DNA of 64,000 nucleotides from Ramazzottius varieornatus (Eukaryota > Animalia > Tardigrada), in NCBI GenBank assembly GCA_001949185.1, contig BDGG01000017.1, positions 434,001 through 498,000 on the forward strand, in the 5' to 3' direction. Positions 51,068-63,939 of the stretch are shown one piece after another. How positions within the stretch are numbered: position 1 is the first letter of the stretch; each line of letters starts with the position of its first letter. The notes beneath the pieces are model-generated. The model was given only the letters and a program-made list of their open reading frames with translations. It ran no database searches and was not told where the DNA came from. Made by a program: the position numbers and the translations under genes.

Positions 51068-52750
51068 TAACTATTAGCATTGTTGGTGTGTGAATTTCTA
51101 TTTGAGGCGTGTGCGCACCACCTACAGCCCGTTCAAGCAAACTTGCTACCACCTATTTATCCAAGCCGTCCTCCACGGGATAATCGCGCAACTTCATAAC
51201 CAGTTTTCCTCGATCCAGCATCTTATTGGCTACCTCAGGAAAAATTACTGACCCAGAATCCGTTTACAAGAAGTTACAATCGACATTAAAGTAGCGGTCG
51301 GGAAACGCGAAATATGCACCAACTTTCAAAAGTTTGGGGGTGTTTTCAAAATATTTTCTTCAATTTCGGTTTGAAGTTCTGCTGTTTCTTGGTTCAGAGT
51401 AAGTTGAACACGGACTGTTCTTTGGGAAAATTGGTCGAAAGTACCGATGTGCCGTTCAAGTCACGAGTTGGAATTTCTCATAGAGGAGGACGTTTACCGG
51501 CAAAATGATCGTATTCGTCGGATTTAATTCATTTGCTACGCTTCCAGGGCATTCCTGCAGTCTCCCCTAATTTCATGTAATAGCCTAAGTATCTGTTCGC
51601 TTGTTGAAATCGAATTGGAGGTTTTTACTCACGCCCGGAATTCCAGAGAGCACGTTTTTGTTCGTGATGATTGGGCTTCCCCATCGGAAGTCGTATTAAC
51701 CTATTTTCGGAAAGATCTCTCAACTTACGTTATCCAACCATAGCTCACTAGAAGCTGCTTGAAAAGTTTTATGATAGTATATAGGCCAGAAACGAACAGA
51801 AGCAATCTCTATTTTTTATACGTCGAAGTTGCCGTGGTAGCAAGTTTGCCTGAACGGGCTGTATATAGTTTTGGCGGCAACACACATTCTCGATCCCACG
51901 TATTAATACAGTAGTTCGTCCGTCACGTGTGGAGGTGAACATGAGGAATGAAACCCTAATTCCTTTGTGCCATGTCACTTGCCTAAGCACTGAAAACCGG
52001 TTGTAATGTTACGCTCCCTGTGCGTGCCGATAAGGAATCTAGCCGTTACCGGAGAGGAGGTGTAAAGCGTATAATTGTAGCGAAGTGTCGCCTGGATCTG
52101 AGCGTACGTAAAGCATGGGTGAGCGTGGTGGACTTTTGCTCGTCAAAAGCAACCAAGAATCGTCCAGCTGGTTGGGGCTACTGTCAAACTGACACCGATG
52201 GACATTCCGTAGTTTTCATACATATTAATATTGCTTTGATATCATTTCGATTTCGATGGGCCAACCAGTAACTGCGGGCGAATACACTGGACGCCACTGA
52301 TGGTGGTCGATGCCGATGTTCCGAAACGAACTTCCAAGGGAATCGATCGAACAGATGCCGGTGTCCAATATCCTCGCAGCACACCGTCTTTGGATGATAG
52401 CGATTCTAAAAGCCTCATGAAGGTTGTTCTCAAGTCATTCGTCTATTCAGAACTTGCTAGGTGAATGGTCACAATGAAAATGAGCACATGCTTGAATACT
52501 CATGTTCCATTAACTCACGCTTCAGAACACTAACTTCCTGCAAGAATATCGTTGGCGCTCGTAGACTGTACCTGGAATCTATACCGATGCTACCACCCAC
52601 ACAATTTTAGTTTCTCCTTTCGTCCTTTAGTTCGACGAAGATGTATTGAGTTCCCACACTACACAAAAACGGTCGTCCCTGAACCTGCAGCAAACTCTTT
52701 GGGGAGGTTCTGGGCCGCGGCTCTGCATCAAATATACATACCACAAAAAC

Positions 52751-53642
52751 ATGCCGCCCATTTTGACATCAAGGCGATCAAGGTTACTTTTCATTGGGAT
52801 GCTCTTCTTTAAATTCTCTGGACTGATTTTTGTGACTTCGTACGGTGATTGTTTCTTGTCCCACACCTCACTGAACGGTACTCATTTATGCTAAACTCAC
52901 CGCTTCTGCCGTGTCCGAAACGTCTTCCTAACACATTTCAGGACTCAAGTGTGGAGACAGTGTCGGTATTGCGATGAAATACTTGCACCACCTTGGATCC
53001 ATGAGGCGGAATGCTGGTGTGGACACCAAAAAGGAATCGCGTGTCTTTTGTTGTGTATTGACGCAACCCGAAAACCACCAGAAAGCCGCTGGAGCGAAGG
53101 AACCTTAGGCGAAATCCTGCGACGGCTTTGTCCTTGTCAGTTCCGTGGACGATGAGACCTTGCCCGCCATGAACGCACGTTCGGGCGAAGGTCGGGATAT
53201 CTTGTGGAGAAAAACCAAACTTGGCTTCAAGTACCACAAGAACAGCGTGCTGTAAATTCATCCATGAGAGGAGCGCTTTCTGAACAAACAGGCCGACAAC
53301 TACAAAGGCACCTTTTCTCCCCACAAAAAGCTTGAATTGTCGCAGACATGCCTACAAGTTTATTGACGAGTACGACTGGTTCCTCAAGGCGGATGACGAC
53401 ACGTACGTCGTCATGGAGAACCTGAAACTGTTGGTGGCGGACTACTCGCCGAAACGACCCTTGTACTTCGGCCACCATTTCAAAAGGGTCGCGCCGAAAG
53501 GATACATGTCCGGTGGTGCGGGATATCTCCTAAGTCAAGCGGCACTCAGAAACTTCGTGGACGAAGGGCTCAACGGAGATATCTGTGAAGTAGACATCAG
53601 TGGGGCGGAAGAAGCAGATTTGGGAAACTGTCTGAATCTAAA
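52751..53642 (+). pseudogene. C1GALT1-like pseudogene (copy D), 3'-truncated
   Basis: Exon 1 resembles copy C. In-frame TAG at 53106-53108 replaces the conserved Trp. Exon 3 ([16 protein letters not shown]) breaks off after GNCLNL into retroelement sequence. Confidence 0.85.
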
Positions 53643-56600
53643 TAACGAGTTTTACGAGACGCCAACCCATCTCACACGGCCAGCCAAACACATGGGTTTC
53701 GGCGGCCCAATTTTTATACGAACGTTTGCCAGTCTAATTGTAGAGGAAACGAATTTGAAGTTTTGGGACCCCAAGGGCAAAGTTAAACCAGGGTCGGTAG
53801 AGTACTCGTCGTACAGGTTCATTGCTCGAACGGTTCAAATGGCCTTAGCTTCATAGGAAACTTCACACAAGCTTAGCCGCACCAAGGAAAAACAAGGTTT
53901 CGACTGGTCAGGTGCGTGCACGTCGTCGCCCAACAATGGTAGGGTGGCGCGCGATAACTGCGGTGATTTATAATGACGCGACAACTCCCAGTTGTCTTTC
54001 ACCACCGCGCAAAAGTGAGAAATTTCTTCGCTAATTCTGCGTTGAAAATTATTCTTTCACCATTTACCACCGGAACGAATGCTGTTCTCGGTAAATGGAA
54101 ATCTGGAAGATCGTGCAGAGATCCTGAAATGTCTGGTTCACCAATTCGAGGTCTTGATCCGAAACCAATCTATCAGGAAACCCATAAATACAACAAAATC
54201 ATTTCCAAAACCAAATTAACAATTTCATGGCGCGAACATTCTCTCACTGCGCGCACCACTGCCAAACGGCTTTTATTTTCTGTAGCAAAAATAAAAAATT
54301 TGCGACCGGAAGTTGAAGCTTCCAAAGGGCCAAGAGCTCCGATGTTCCACTGCTGGAATAATCTTACTCCATTTGTGGGCGAAATGTGGCCTAGTTTAGG
54401 TTCCTGACCGCGGTCTTTCTGTTGACAGGTTTCGCAAGAATAAACGTAATCCTCTACGTGCTTCCTCATACCTTCCCAGAAAAACTCGCCGTGCAATCCG
54501 GCTGAAAGTGACGTGGAATCCAGCATGTTCCCCACCACCCAGCCCGTCGGTAACGCTTCCGGTTGATGTTTTACACAATTCTGGCTCGTTGAGGCCAAGT
54601 GAACTTGGTGCGCCTGCCCCATGAGAAGAATGTGGTGCATTCCTAGCCAGGGAGTAGGATACTCCGGTGTCCACTCCTTTCTGACGGTGAAGTCTTCGTG
54701 GTACTTGAAAATGCCATAGCGATGACTGCAGAACCTGACGATCAGATGGCGCGATCGTCGCGTTAGCGGCTAAGGTACTCATAATGAGTTCTAACTTGTG
54801 ATTCGAGTGCTACCCACGAATGGTCTGAGCGAACTGGGGAAACACAACCGACTCTGCGCTTTCCGAATCAGCATCCTCCATCGGATACTTGCTGAGCGCG
54901 TCAACATAAGCCATCAACTTCCCCTTAAGATGTGTACAGACAATGTCGTACTGAGACAGGAACATCGCCCATCTGGCAAGGCGGCCGTTAGGGTCCTTGA
55001 TGTTTTTGAGATACGTGACAGCTACATGGTCAGTAACCACATTGATAGTCTGATTTAGGTTTCCATCGGCGCACTGCAACTATTATCGCGTACAACTCCC
55101 TCTCGGAGGTATTGTACAGCCTAATCTGCTGCTTGTTGAGTTTTTTCGAATGGACTGCCACCGGATGCCAACTATCATCATGTCTCTGTAGCAAGATGGC
55201 AGCGGTTCCATAACCCGAAGCATCGGTACGCACCTGAATGGGAATTTCCGGTCTATATGTGACAAGACACGGTTGAGACGTCAACGCGGTTCTCAAATAT
55301 TCAAATGATTTCCGACACTTCTCGTTCCATGTAAATACACTCTCTTGTCCTTCTGGACCTTTCAGGAGTTCCTTGAGCATGACCCGTGTATTTGCCAATC
55401 GGACGATCAGCAGTCGGAAGTACAGCTGTCACCTCCATCAACCTGGAGAGAAGGTCCTGTCTCTCTCCGTAAAATTTGGGTCTAGTATCGTGAGCCCTTG
55501 AGACCAAGGATTAACCTTACATACCTTAGCATGGACTGCTCTAGTGCCATCTTCCGTCTGGGTCGCCGAATCAGAAGTAGGGTAGGAGTAGATACTACAG
55601 TAGCTGGTATCCGCATGATGACGTCTTGCGTCCCCTGGCCTACCGTGACTGTAATCGTACTCTGAACAGCCGTAACTACCGGTGCAGACTCCTCTTGAAT
55701 CGAATCTTCCTTCTGCAGCTTATTCTTCAGACTGTGATAGTTTTTCTTTCCCATATCCAAATACTCTAGAAAAGTGTCCTGCATTGGTTTGTCCGTGCGA
55801 AGTCGGAACCTCAGACGAGCTAACGCATTCTCTTCTTCGTGCATGGATATTTGTGGGTAAATTTCTTCCAGCAAGCCACGAATAATCATGCGTTCGATCT
55901 CGGTGGCCACGTAGCCTTCTTCGCACTTCTCCTGGAAATCGACTATGCGTATCTGTTTCTGGCGATACGCTCTAATTTCCGGACTATTTTGGAATTCCTC
56001 AATGACGATCGGAACCTGAGAGAAACCTGTCAGTTCTTCTGTTGAGACTCTGGGAGGTAAAAGTGGCATATAGTGATGCTTTGTTGGCTCTTCAGCGAGT
56101 AGCTTCATGAAAGCTTTGACCCGAGACTGGTCCATAGTTTGCATGTACTGGGTCACTGAAATGTGTGGGGATTCGTCGAGCTTTTGGCGGAGTGAACGCT
56201 GCACTTCACTCCCCCCAAGCCCCGACCAGGAGGGGATCTGCGGTGCCAATGGCACTACCTTCGCTTCCTTCAACTCCCTTGCAATGTTCGTTATCTCTTC
56301 CTGGATTCTCAGGTCCTCCTTCTGAGTCTCGGAGGAAAAGTCGCGAATCCTACTGGGGTCAATGAGACTGTCACAGTTCGCCGCAATCAGCACACCGTGT
56401 CATAAATCAATTGCAAACGGCTTGGGATATAGAAAGTCCATACCAATGAGAATACCACCCAAATGCTTCTCAGGCACCACCTATGATGGATGTTTGTACG
56501 AAGTTTCACCCACCTTGATGTGAAGAAAGCAAAACTTCCGGTCCATATCCTTCACCTGACCAAAGGCAGAAACCACCTTAATGGTTTTCTGTCTCGAATG

Positions 56601-59600
56601 TAAATCACAAATGGACCAGTTGTTCGAGATGCAAATTGACTCAGGAACTCGCGTCACCGCTGACCCTGTGTCAAACATGACTTCCAAAACCTTCTCATTG
56701 ACGATCAGCTTGACATGCAGGGAATCAGTGGCTGTGGGACCCAAGAGAAGAGTATCTGCAAGGTGATTCGGAGTGGATGAATTATGTTCCTGTACGCCAC
56801 ACTCCACACTATCGGGCTGAACAACTTGGATCTGTTTACTGTCAGTCAGGCGTGCAGGTGCCGAGCTATTCGCTCTGGCTCTCGGTTTTATTCCCTTTTC
56901 CTTGATCAACTACCTAGCTGTTTCCAACATTTCGGAAGTCGGTCTCAAAGGCATTGGAACCGCCGGATTGGGGTTCGGGCAATCACGGCTCTGATGCTGG
57001 GGGCTGCCACACTTGAAGCATAAGTCACAGCCATCGCAGTTTCAGTCCGCAAGGTCCTTCCTCTGAGTAACCAGTCCTGTACCGCGATTTCTAGCTGGAG
57101 AGTTCCCCCTGGAACTATCACTGGAGTTACCCTTCGAATTGTCCTTCGAACTCTCGCGAAAGCCGTCACCAAACTTGACAGCTTTATCTTCGCCGTCATT
57201 TCCCAGTTTAGACGACTTCGCGTCGTTCCCGGAGGATTTTCTGTTGTCCAGCTTGGAAATACGCTTCATGAGTTCCAAATGCTGTGTGCAAAAGGCACGA
57301 ACCTCATTCATGGACTTGAAAGACTGAGCAAGAGCTTGCTCGGCTAGCTTGGGATGTTCTATGCTATTCGTAATCCACATGATACGAGCCTTCTCATCTC
57401 GACAGAGCTTACTCATGTCAAGGTACTCACTGACGTCATCGAAGAACTTTTCGAAATCATCGCCCTCTGAAAACTTCAAGTTCTGAAGCTTCACCATGGC
57501 TATCTTGCTTTGAGCTTGTGTACGACCAAAGCGTTCTTTCATTCGTGTAAGATATTCTTCGGGAGCCTCCAGTGGTTCTTCGTCATCAATTCGATTCCAT
57601 TCATTTCGTAGCTTGTCTCGAGTAGCGGCATACATCGCTTCAATGCATATGTTATCGTCCCACTTATGGGATTTACGACAGCGCTTGACGTCAGCGACCC
57701 AGTCGTCGACCAGCTGCGCATCCTTACCAGTACACTCTATGATGTTCTGCTTGATAGACTGCCTCTCGTCCTGGTCCCCCAAGTACTCGAGGAACTGAAA
57801 CGTTGATTCGTTCTGGGAAGGCGTACTTCGCGTGGAAGTTTCACTAGTGCGACTCACAGGGTCCTCGAACCGCTCTAATGTTGGAGTTCTCGGGGTCTCC
57901 CCAATATCGATAGGTACATCGTTCAACACCAGCGTATCGCCGAATTTCCTACCTTCATCTGCGATCCTGACCGTGCGTACACACGTGGTACTTCCGCTTT
58001 ACTCGAGTGAGGAAACTCAACGCAGTGACCACGGGAAATTTCCTCCCTATCACGTTGCGTCACTGTTCGCTGTCGAGTATGAATCTGATCAGGAACCCTA
58101 GTAAGCGTGTTCGATTTCTGCAAAATTTGCGCTTCAAGAACCCTAATTCGCGTGTTCTAGTCTTCTAACAACCGCTGAAAATGGTCCGTGCGCTCTTCTG
58201 CATCATGAGCTTGTTGATCAGCCTCACCGATGTGACCGAGCAACCTACGTATCTCTTCTCGGTCATGCTCGACCCACTTGTATGCCTCAGAAAGCTTCGA
58301 CAACGCTGCCCTGTCTTCCTCGTACAGTGCCTGGTATTTCCGATTCAAATTCTGAACTTCCCTGTCCGAATTGATTTTCTCTTTCCCGATCTTGAAAAAG
58401 TTCTGACTCATCATAACGGCCAAGCTGAGTTGATTGTACTATTGACCACTTGGGCCGAAATTTAAAATTTTGGTGGAGTGGAGCGTGATAAGACCAATCA
58501 GCGGATTGGACTTGGCGCGTCAAGTGATCCGAGCTACACGCCTCTCCCACATTGCGCCACTTGACTTCTGCTCTCGTTCCTTCTCGAAATCCATCATGTT
58601 TTCGACCAAAACTAGCATTGAAGTTAGGAAGAGATAATTGTCTTCCCGAAACTATCGCCAGAAAAGCGAAAGAAGTCCGGGCTTTATCCAGTAGAGGGAT
58701 AAATGACAGGCCCCGCGAATTCCGATGCCCTGCTGAACTCGCGCGGCCTAGTATCCCTTTATGCTAATATTCTGTGCCGGAAGTGAGCAGACCGCGAAAC
58801 GGTTTCTGCACCGAAACTGACACGGTATGAAATCATGAGATTTTATTCTATTCAGAGCCGAAATATGACTTGCGAAACAGGTCTATTAAGGTCCTGTTCT
58901 CTAGCTTCCAGCAGGAGATCGATCCTCTTTTTTGAAAGGGGATTATCCAATGCAAGCAGGAGATTCTCAACATTCATGGCACACCCAGGAAAACTCTGTG
59001 GTTCTAACTGGTGGCCATACTCGTAAGAGCGAGGCTCAGTGAGACTAGCTCCTCTTCTAGTTTTGCTGATCTGCCAAGCTGTCGTGGCATTAGCTTCGCG
59101 CATGCTACGAAGGTTCGCAATCTTATTCGTGGCTTCTTCCTCGTTCAACACATAGTCAATAGCTTGTTGTACCTCGAAGGTCTGCGGTGATGGACTGATA
59201 TTGTTTCTTGATTGACCACTCGCGACTTCCGGTACTTTCTTCCTCGCTGTACCAGACACCTCAAGATACTTGGGGCTTCGAAAGGATGGCTTTCTGAGTA
59301 CCACTCGCCATCTTGATCACTGATGGACTCCCACTGTTAATGTTTTCACTACTTCGTACTTTGCGTCCCTTCAGTACATCAAAGCGATAACTCAGAGCAT
59401 CCATATCAAGTGGCGCGGACGTAGCACCAGCTCTGCTACTGTCCGGCTCACCAAGAAGGGTGTCATTGAGTTGAAAACTTTCATCTGCCATGCCATACTC
59501 GTTGTGTGCTTCCTGCGCAACCCGAATTCCTCGCTGATGAGGTCTTTGTCACTAGGGTCCTCCCCATCCAGTGGCTGTAGACTAGGACTAGGACTGGGGG

Positions 59601-61481
59601 TATCAATACCCACGGAAGCAACGCCAGGGGCCTCCCCAGGACGTGGCTGTACACGAACCTTGGGGGTATTAATCCCCTTTTGACTGAGAGGGCCTCCTCA
59701 GCTCGTTCATGACAGCCGAGGGTACCGAGAGTATCGATTTCTTCTGGGCCTGCCTTGCTGTGGCAGCAGCAGAAGGGGTATGAATCCCAAAGCGAAGAGG
59801 CGGACTGCTGCGGACATTGTCTGGCTACTCTATCATGGCGGGTGCTGACCCCCAAGGAGCATCACGGTCCAGTCCCAACACATTTTCGGGTGGCAGGTTT
59901 TATAGCCTTCAGCTAACCCTCAGCCCAGGTTGAGGGGTCGCAACTCGTGCTCCTGCCTACCCTCTGACGACTACTGCTACTGGGCTCCTCACGGTTCACC
60001 AGGTTGACTCGGCGTTTGCCGTTTGCCAACGCAAAGCGATTCTTTAAAGCCATTCTAGCCTCGATAGAAAACTTCTTTAACTCTTCTGGTCTTAACAAGA
60101 GTCTTAGATTCGAGAAACCTTCATCAGTTATGTCAAAGTCTTCCTCAGACATGCCTGCAGACTTGCGGAAGAACACGATGCTTTGGTGTTGAACCGTGGG
60201 GGTGGGACGGGGCTGTTGACGTTGCCTTCCCGTCGCATACGACTTGTTCAAGTGATCACTGTCCATTCCGGCCGTTAGACCGAAAAAAGACAGAAAAGAA
60301 AATAGGTGAGAAAATGTCTCGCAAATCAATCAAGATTGGCAAGACTACGACACTTCCACATTGTCAAGTTTGACTTCCAAACATGACCACCGAACTCCTC
60401 TTCACTGTCAGACTCGAACTCCGAACCTGAAAGCAAAGAAGAACAGGCGGCATCGACCGATCACTGATGGACCTCCTTCCACCAAGGCGAGTCAGCGCCT
60501 AAGAAGAAAAGAAAAAGAAAAGGTATCCCGGACGAGGCAGGAAAGACAAAAGAGTCGATCCGCTTCGACAAGGAAGTTGCTGTCCGATGACCTACAAAGC
60601 ACTCAAAGCACAGTAAGATATCAGACAACACGACGCGACCAATACAACCGACCAAAACTAGACTGTTAGGAATAGTGACCGATCACATCAATCAAGAATT
60701 TACTTCGGCTCAAACGCGCTGATTACCAGGAAACTGAGGAATCAATCAACCAGCTTGGACACTTTTCGAAATCGCGCGAAACCGTCCTCTAAGCTTCTCC
60801 TGATCTGACAGCACTAAGCTGGGAATCACGGGATGACTCAAGACAGACCAAACCTTCATACAAAAAGCTTGCAAGTAAGACTTGCACAGTTGGACGCTGG
60901 ACCAGAAGAGAAAACGACGTATCCGGGTTGGAGAAGATGCGACAGCTTGGCTGAAGCGAGAACTCCCTCCCACGCCGAATATCCGACTGCCGATATCCAA
61001 CTGATGATCCTTCCGTTCTTTCCACTACTTGCGTACTCCCGAAGAAAAGAGTAAGACCATCCGTCAGGGCGCCAACTGCTACATTCGTACCAGGACACCG
61101 TAGCTTGTAGACCGCGATCTACCTGCAAAGAAGCACCACACGACCAGCCATACATGATACGATACGCAAACGATAGCAAGGCACCCGGTTACCCAGCCGA
61201 ATCTCGTTCCCAGACACACAAAGTCACAGAATCCCTGTCTTCTCGCGATACTCGACCAAGTAAAGCTTCCGACTTTAGGACCTTGCTTCCCTGCATGCCC
61301 GAGTTCGGGACTTCCGACTTCCTGCTTCCTGATTCCAAACTAATCAAGTAATTCCCAATCAAACCTGGAGCACAACACGCCAAGAATCCGTAAATTCATA
61401 CTACCCCCAATCCCCGTCGATCAGCCTGCAAGCTGCATCGACGTACAAGTAACAAATTTGACGTCACCTTGACGTCATACA
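53643..61481 (-). mobile_element. Degenerate Ty3/gypsy LTR retrotransposon (3' LTR absent)
   Basis: Gag (57042-57929) and CCHC knuckle CFKCGSPQHQSRDC; protease FDTGS..ILIGMDFL; RNase H TDASGYG..ERELYAI..TDH..RLARW..VDALS; integrase FFWEGM..V.SCETCQ, GP, YGFPDRLVSDQ. Order PR-(RT)-RH-IN; many stops and frameshifts. Confidence 0.88.
61077..61481 (-). repeat. Putative 5' LTR (405 bp) followed by a PBS-like TGGCGCCC
   Basis: On the minus strand it starts TGTATGA and ends TGTAGCA, then GT, then TGGCGCCC (61074-61067), like tRNA-Lys primer binding sites. There is no second copy in the window to confirm it. Confidence 0.55.
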
Positions 61482-62146
61482 GCCCGAATGTGCTTCTGTA
61501 TCTGTTCTGACAATAAGCCTCCATTCGGGGGGTGCTTTTACTGCTTTAGCTACCAATCACCCCTGGATTATTCGGCAAAATCTTCTCAAAAGAGTGAACA
61601 GTTTTGTGAAACTTCTATCCGTGGCGAAGCGTGGCGGCTCCACCACGCGATGCCCTTGAGTACTTTGAACAATCTGATGTAAAAAAAGTGCACTTTGGAA
61701 GCAGAAAAAGTTCGTATCGAAATTGGGCCGCCGAAACCCACATGTCGTATTTGGAAAGGAAGATCCTATCACGTCGACCGCAAGAGGTTGGATAGGTGGT
61801 TCCATTCTGGTGATTTTTCGCTCGAAATTCATCCCCCGAAATTGAAAGTGGACAATGATTTGCTAATCGACCGGCAAAGGAACATAAATTTGGCGATGTC
61901 TGGTAAGTCCTGGGGGTTCTCGTGTCGCAAGGGGATCGCTCGGTCAATTGCCTCATCCACGCTCCCTCCATAGAGGAGCTTTGCAGAGCCTGGAAGCAAC
62001 TGAGAAATCCCTTCAAAAGTTATGTTCCCACGAAGCCCAGCAAAGCTTCCAACGTGTGCAGCGGTTCAGTTGAATTGACACCCAAGTCGTTTTCAAAATC
62101 CGCTCTCGCTGACGGACTTCAGCGACGGGCGTCGTACGAAGCTGTA

Positions 62147-62343
62147 CTCTCCCGATAGGAAATTATGAGACAGTAAAAATTACGGGATAGGCGGAAAGGA
62201 CGGCAAAAAGAAAATTCGACCGTAGAAAAGGATCGAAAAGTGTATTTCTGTGAATCGGTCGCGTACGTACGTGCTTCCGGACCGCCCTAGCGAAAAGGCC
62301 TGTCCCATAATCTTTACTGGTCGATAATTTCTCATCGTGCGTG
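62147..62343. mobile_element. MITE family A (copy 3)
   Basis: TA-flanked; body GGAAAGGACGGCAAAA..GGTCGCGTACGTAC is shared with copies 1 and 2. Confidence 0.85.
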
Positions 62344-62844
62344 TACGGAAATTGCAGCGACACTGTGTTCATCGAAACTTGTACGCTCCATTCTCTGAAT
62401 TGGCAGAAAAGTAGAAGTGCCAGTTGGTAACGACCTCGGGGCTGCCACGCGTAAAGCCATGTCTTACGCATGTGAGTCCTCCTATCCATCAAACCCTCCC
62501 TTCCCTCCTTGAACTTGCACCCACCGTACTTCAAGGTCGTGTCCCCAAACAGCTGAGGAATTTCGCCCACCGCTCAAGTCTCGGAGCGGGTGGCTTTGTG
62601 CTTGGCGCTCGCTGGAGTTTGACACATGGCTGGATCCGATTTTTCGCATGATCCACTTCTTCCTGTCCGCGCACTTTCGGAAAAGCGTGGTTGTTTGAAA
62701 TACATAATACAGATTCATTACCCCTTTGCGGTAGTCTTCATTCAGCCCCAGGCAAATAGCCTACGACATGCAAGTAATCGGATGTTCCACGTATTGAATA
62801 GTAACGAAATATTATTCAGGCGACTCAGCGAACATACTCCGCAC

Positions 62845-62995
62845 AAGTGTTGTATCAAGTAACGCACGTCTTCGGTATTACTGGCCAAATGTGCGCGCCA
62901 TGTGGAAACACCACCACCGGCAACTGCTCTCCTTCCCAGCGACGCACGTTGTCAGTATTATTAGCTAGCAGCCTGCGCCACTTCGGAAGTCGATG
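62845..62995. repeat. Fixed-spacer palindrome array (2 degenerate units)
   Basis: CAAGTAACGCACG..GCGCCATGTGG and CCAGCGACGCACG TTGTCAGTATTATTAGCTAGCAG CCTGCGCCACTTC. Confidence 0.7.
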
Positions 62996-63069
62996 CTGTC
63001 GGCTTTGTTTGTCTGCAGGACGTCGCCGTGGCTGAAGAGACCAGATATTTTCTAAGCAGTGATACTTAC

Positions 63070-63939
63070 GGGGTTAAACGTGTACTCGGCAATGATGATG
63101 ATTTTAAACCAGCTGGGCAGCAACGGCATTAGAGCAAACAACATAGGTGCCACCGATTTGGTCACAAAGTAGGGTAGCTTGCACAGGGTTCCCCAGATGA
63201 AAGAAAGCAGCAGCATCTTTGCTACTTGCAGCCGTCGTCGATACAGCATAAACTGGGCACCGTCCCGAGCATTTTCTGCCGGAGCGGGGGCTCTTCGTGT
63301 AAAGTAGATTTTGAATGCCCGAACAATGACTGCGATCGAAGCTCCAGCAATGAGAAACCAAGGTATGAAGGTCATGGCGGACACCAACAAGTGGCCCACC
63401 TTCCCCTTAGCACTGAACTCGCACTGTTCCACTTCTTCGGTTCGAACCAGGCCCCCGAAGAGGGCGGTGAGTACCATGACGAGGAAGCTGAGTGTCCAGC
63501 TTGTTGTTAGCAGCATCAAGTTGACTTTCATGCTGCAGAACTTGGAGTAGTTGTGAGGATGCTAAATGGCGAAATGACGCGGTTGAATGCCAGGCAGACT
63601 TCGGTCCAGTTGGCCGTGACGTAGATTTGGTAGGTTAGTAAGGAGTGATAAAAGCAGTAGGTATCGGACATATGGGCGGAATATAGTAGAGGGATACTGA
63701 CGAGAGGCAGAACTGGACAACAGCATAGAACATAGAGGAATAGTAGGTTGGCAATGAGAATGTGACTGGCGCCCTCTTGCTTGTTAGCGCAAATAATCCG
63801 GATAAGAACCATGAGCAATAAGAGATTGAGGAAAAAGCCCAAAGTACCCAGGATGGTGGATAGGGCAAAACCAGCTTGGATTTCCGCCTTGTACTCCCGC
63901 AAGTCAACCTTTCGACTGACGTTCGATTGTCCCGTGACC
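63070..63939 (-). pseudogene. Orphan class A GPCR, probably a pseudogene; same family as 40826-41933
   Basis: ANWTEVCLAFNRV and AEYTFNP|gtaagt (same intron position as the intact GPCR). Frameshift plus TAG right after NRV (other frame reads FAI*HPHNYSKF). Start and last exon not found. Confidence 0.75.

Noticed and set aside
61482-62140. Expected continuation of C1GALT copy D or a TSD after the LTR
   Set aside because: No NVTFGDSRD or exon-4 sequence found.
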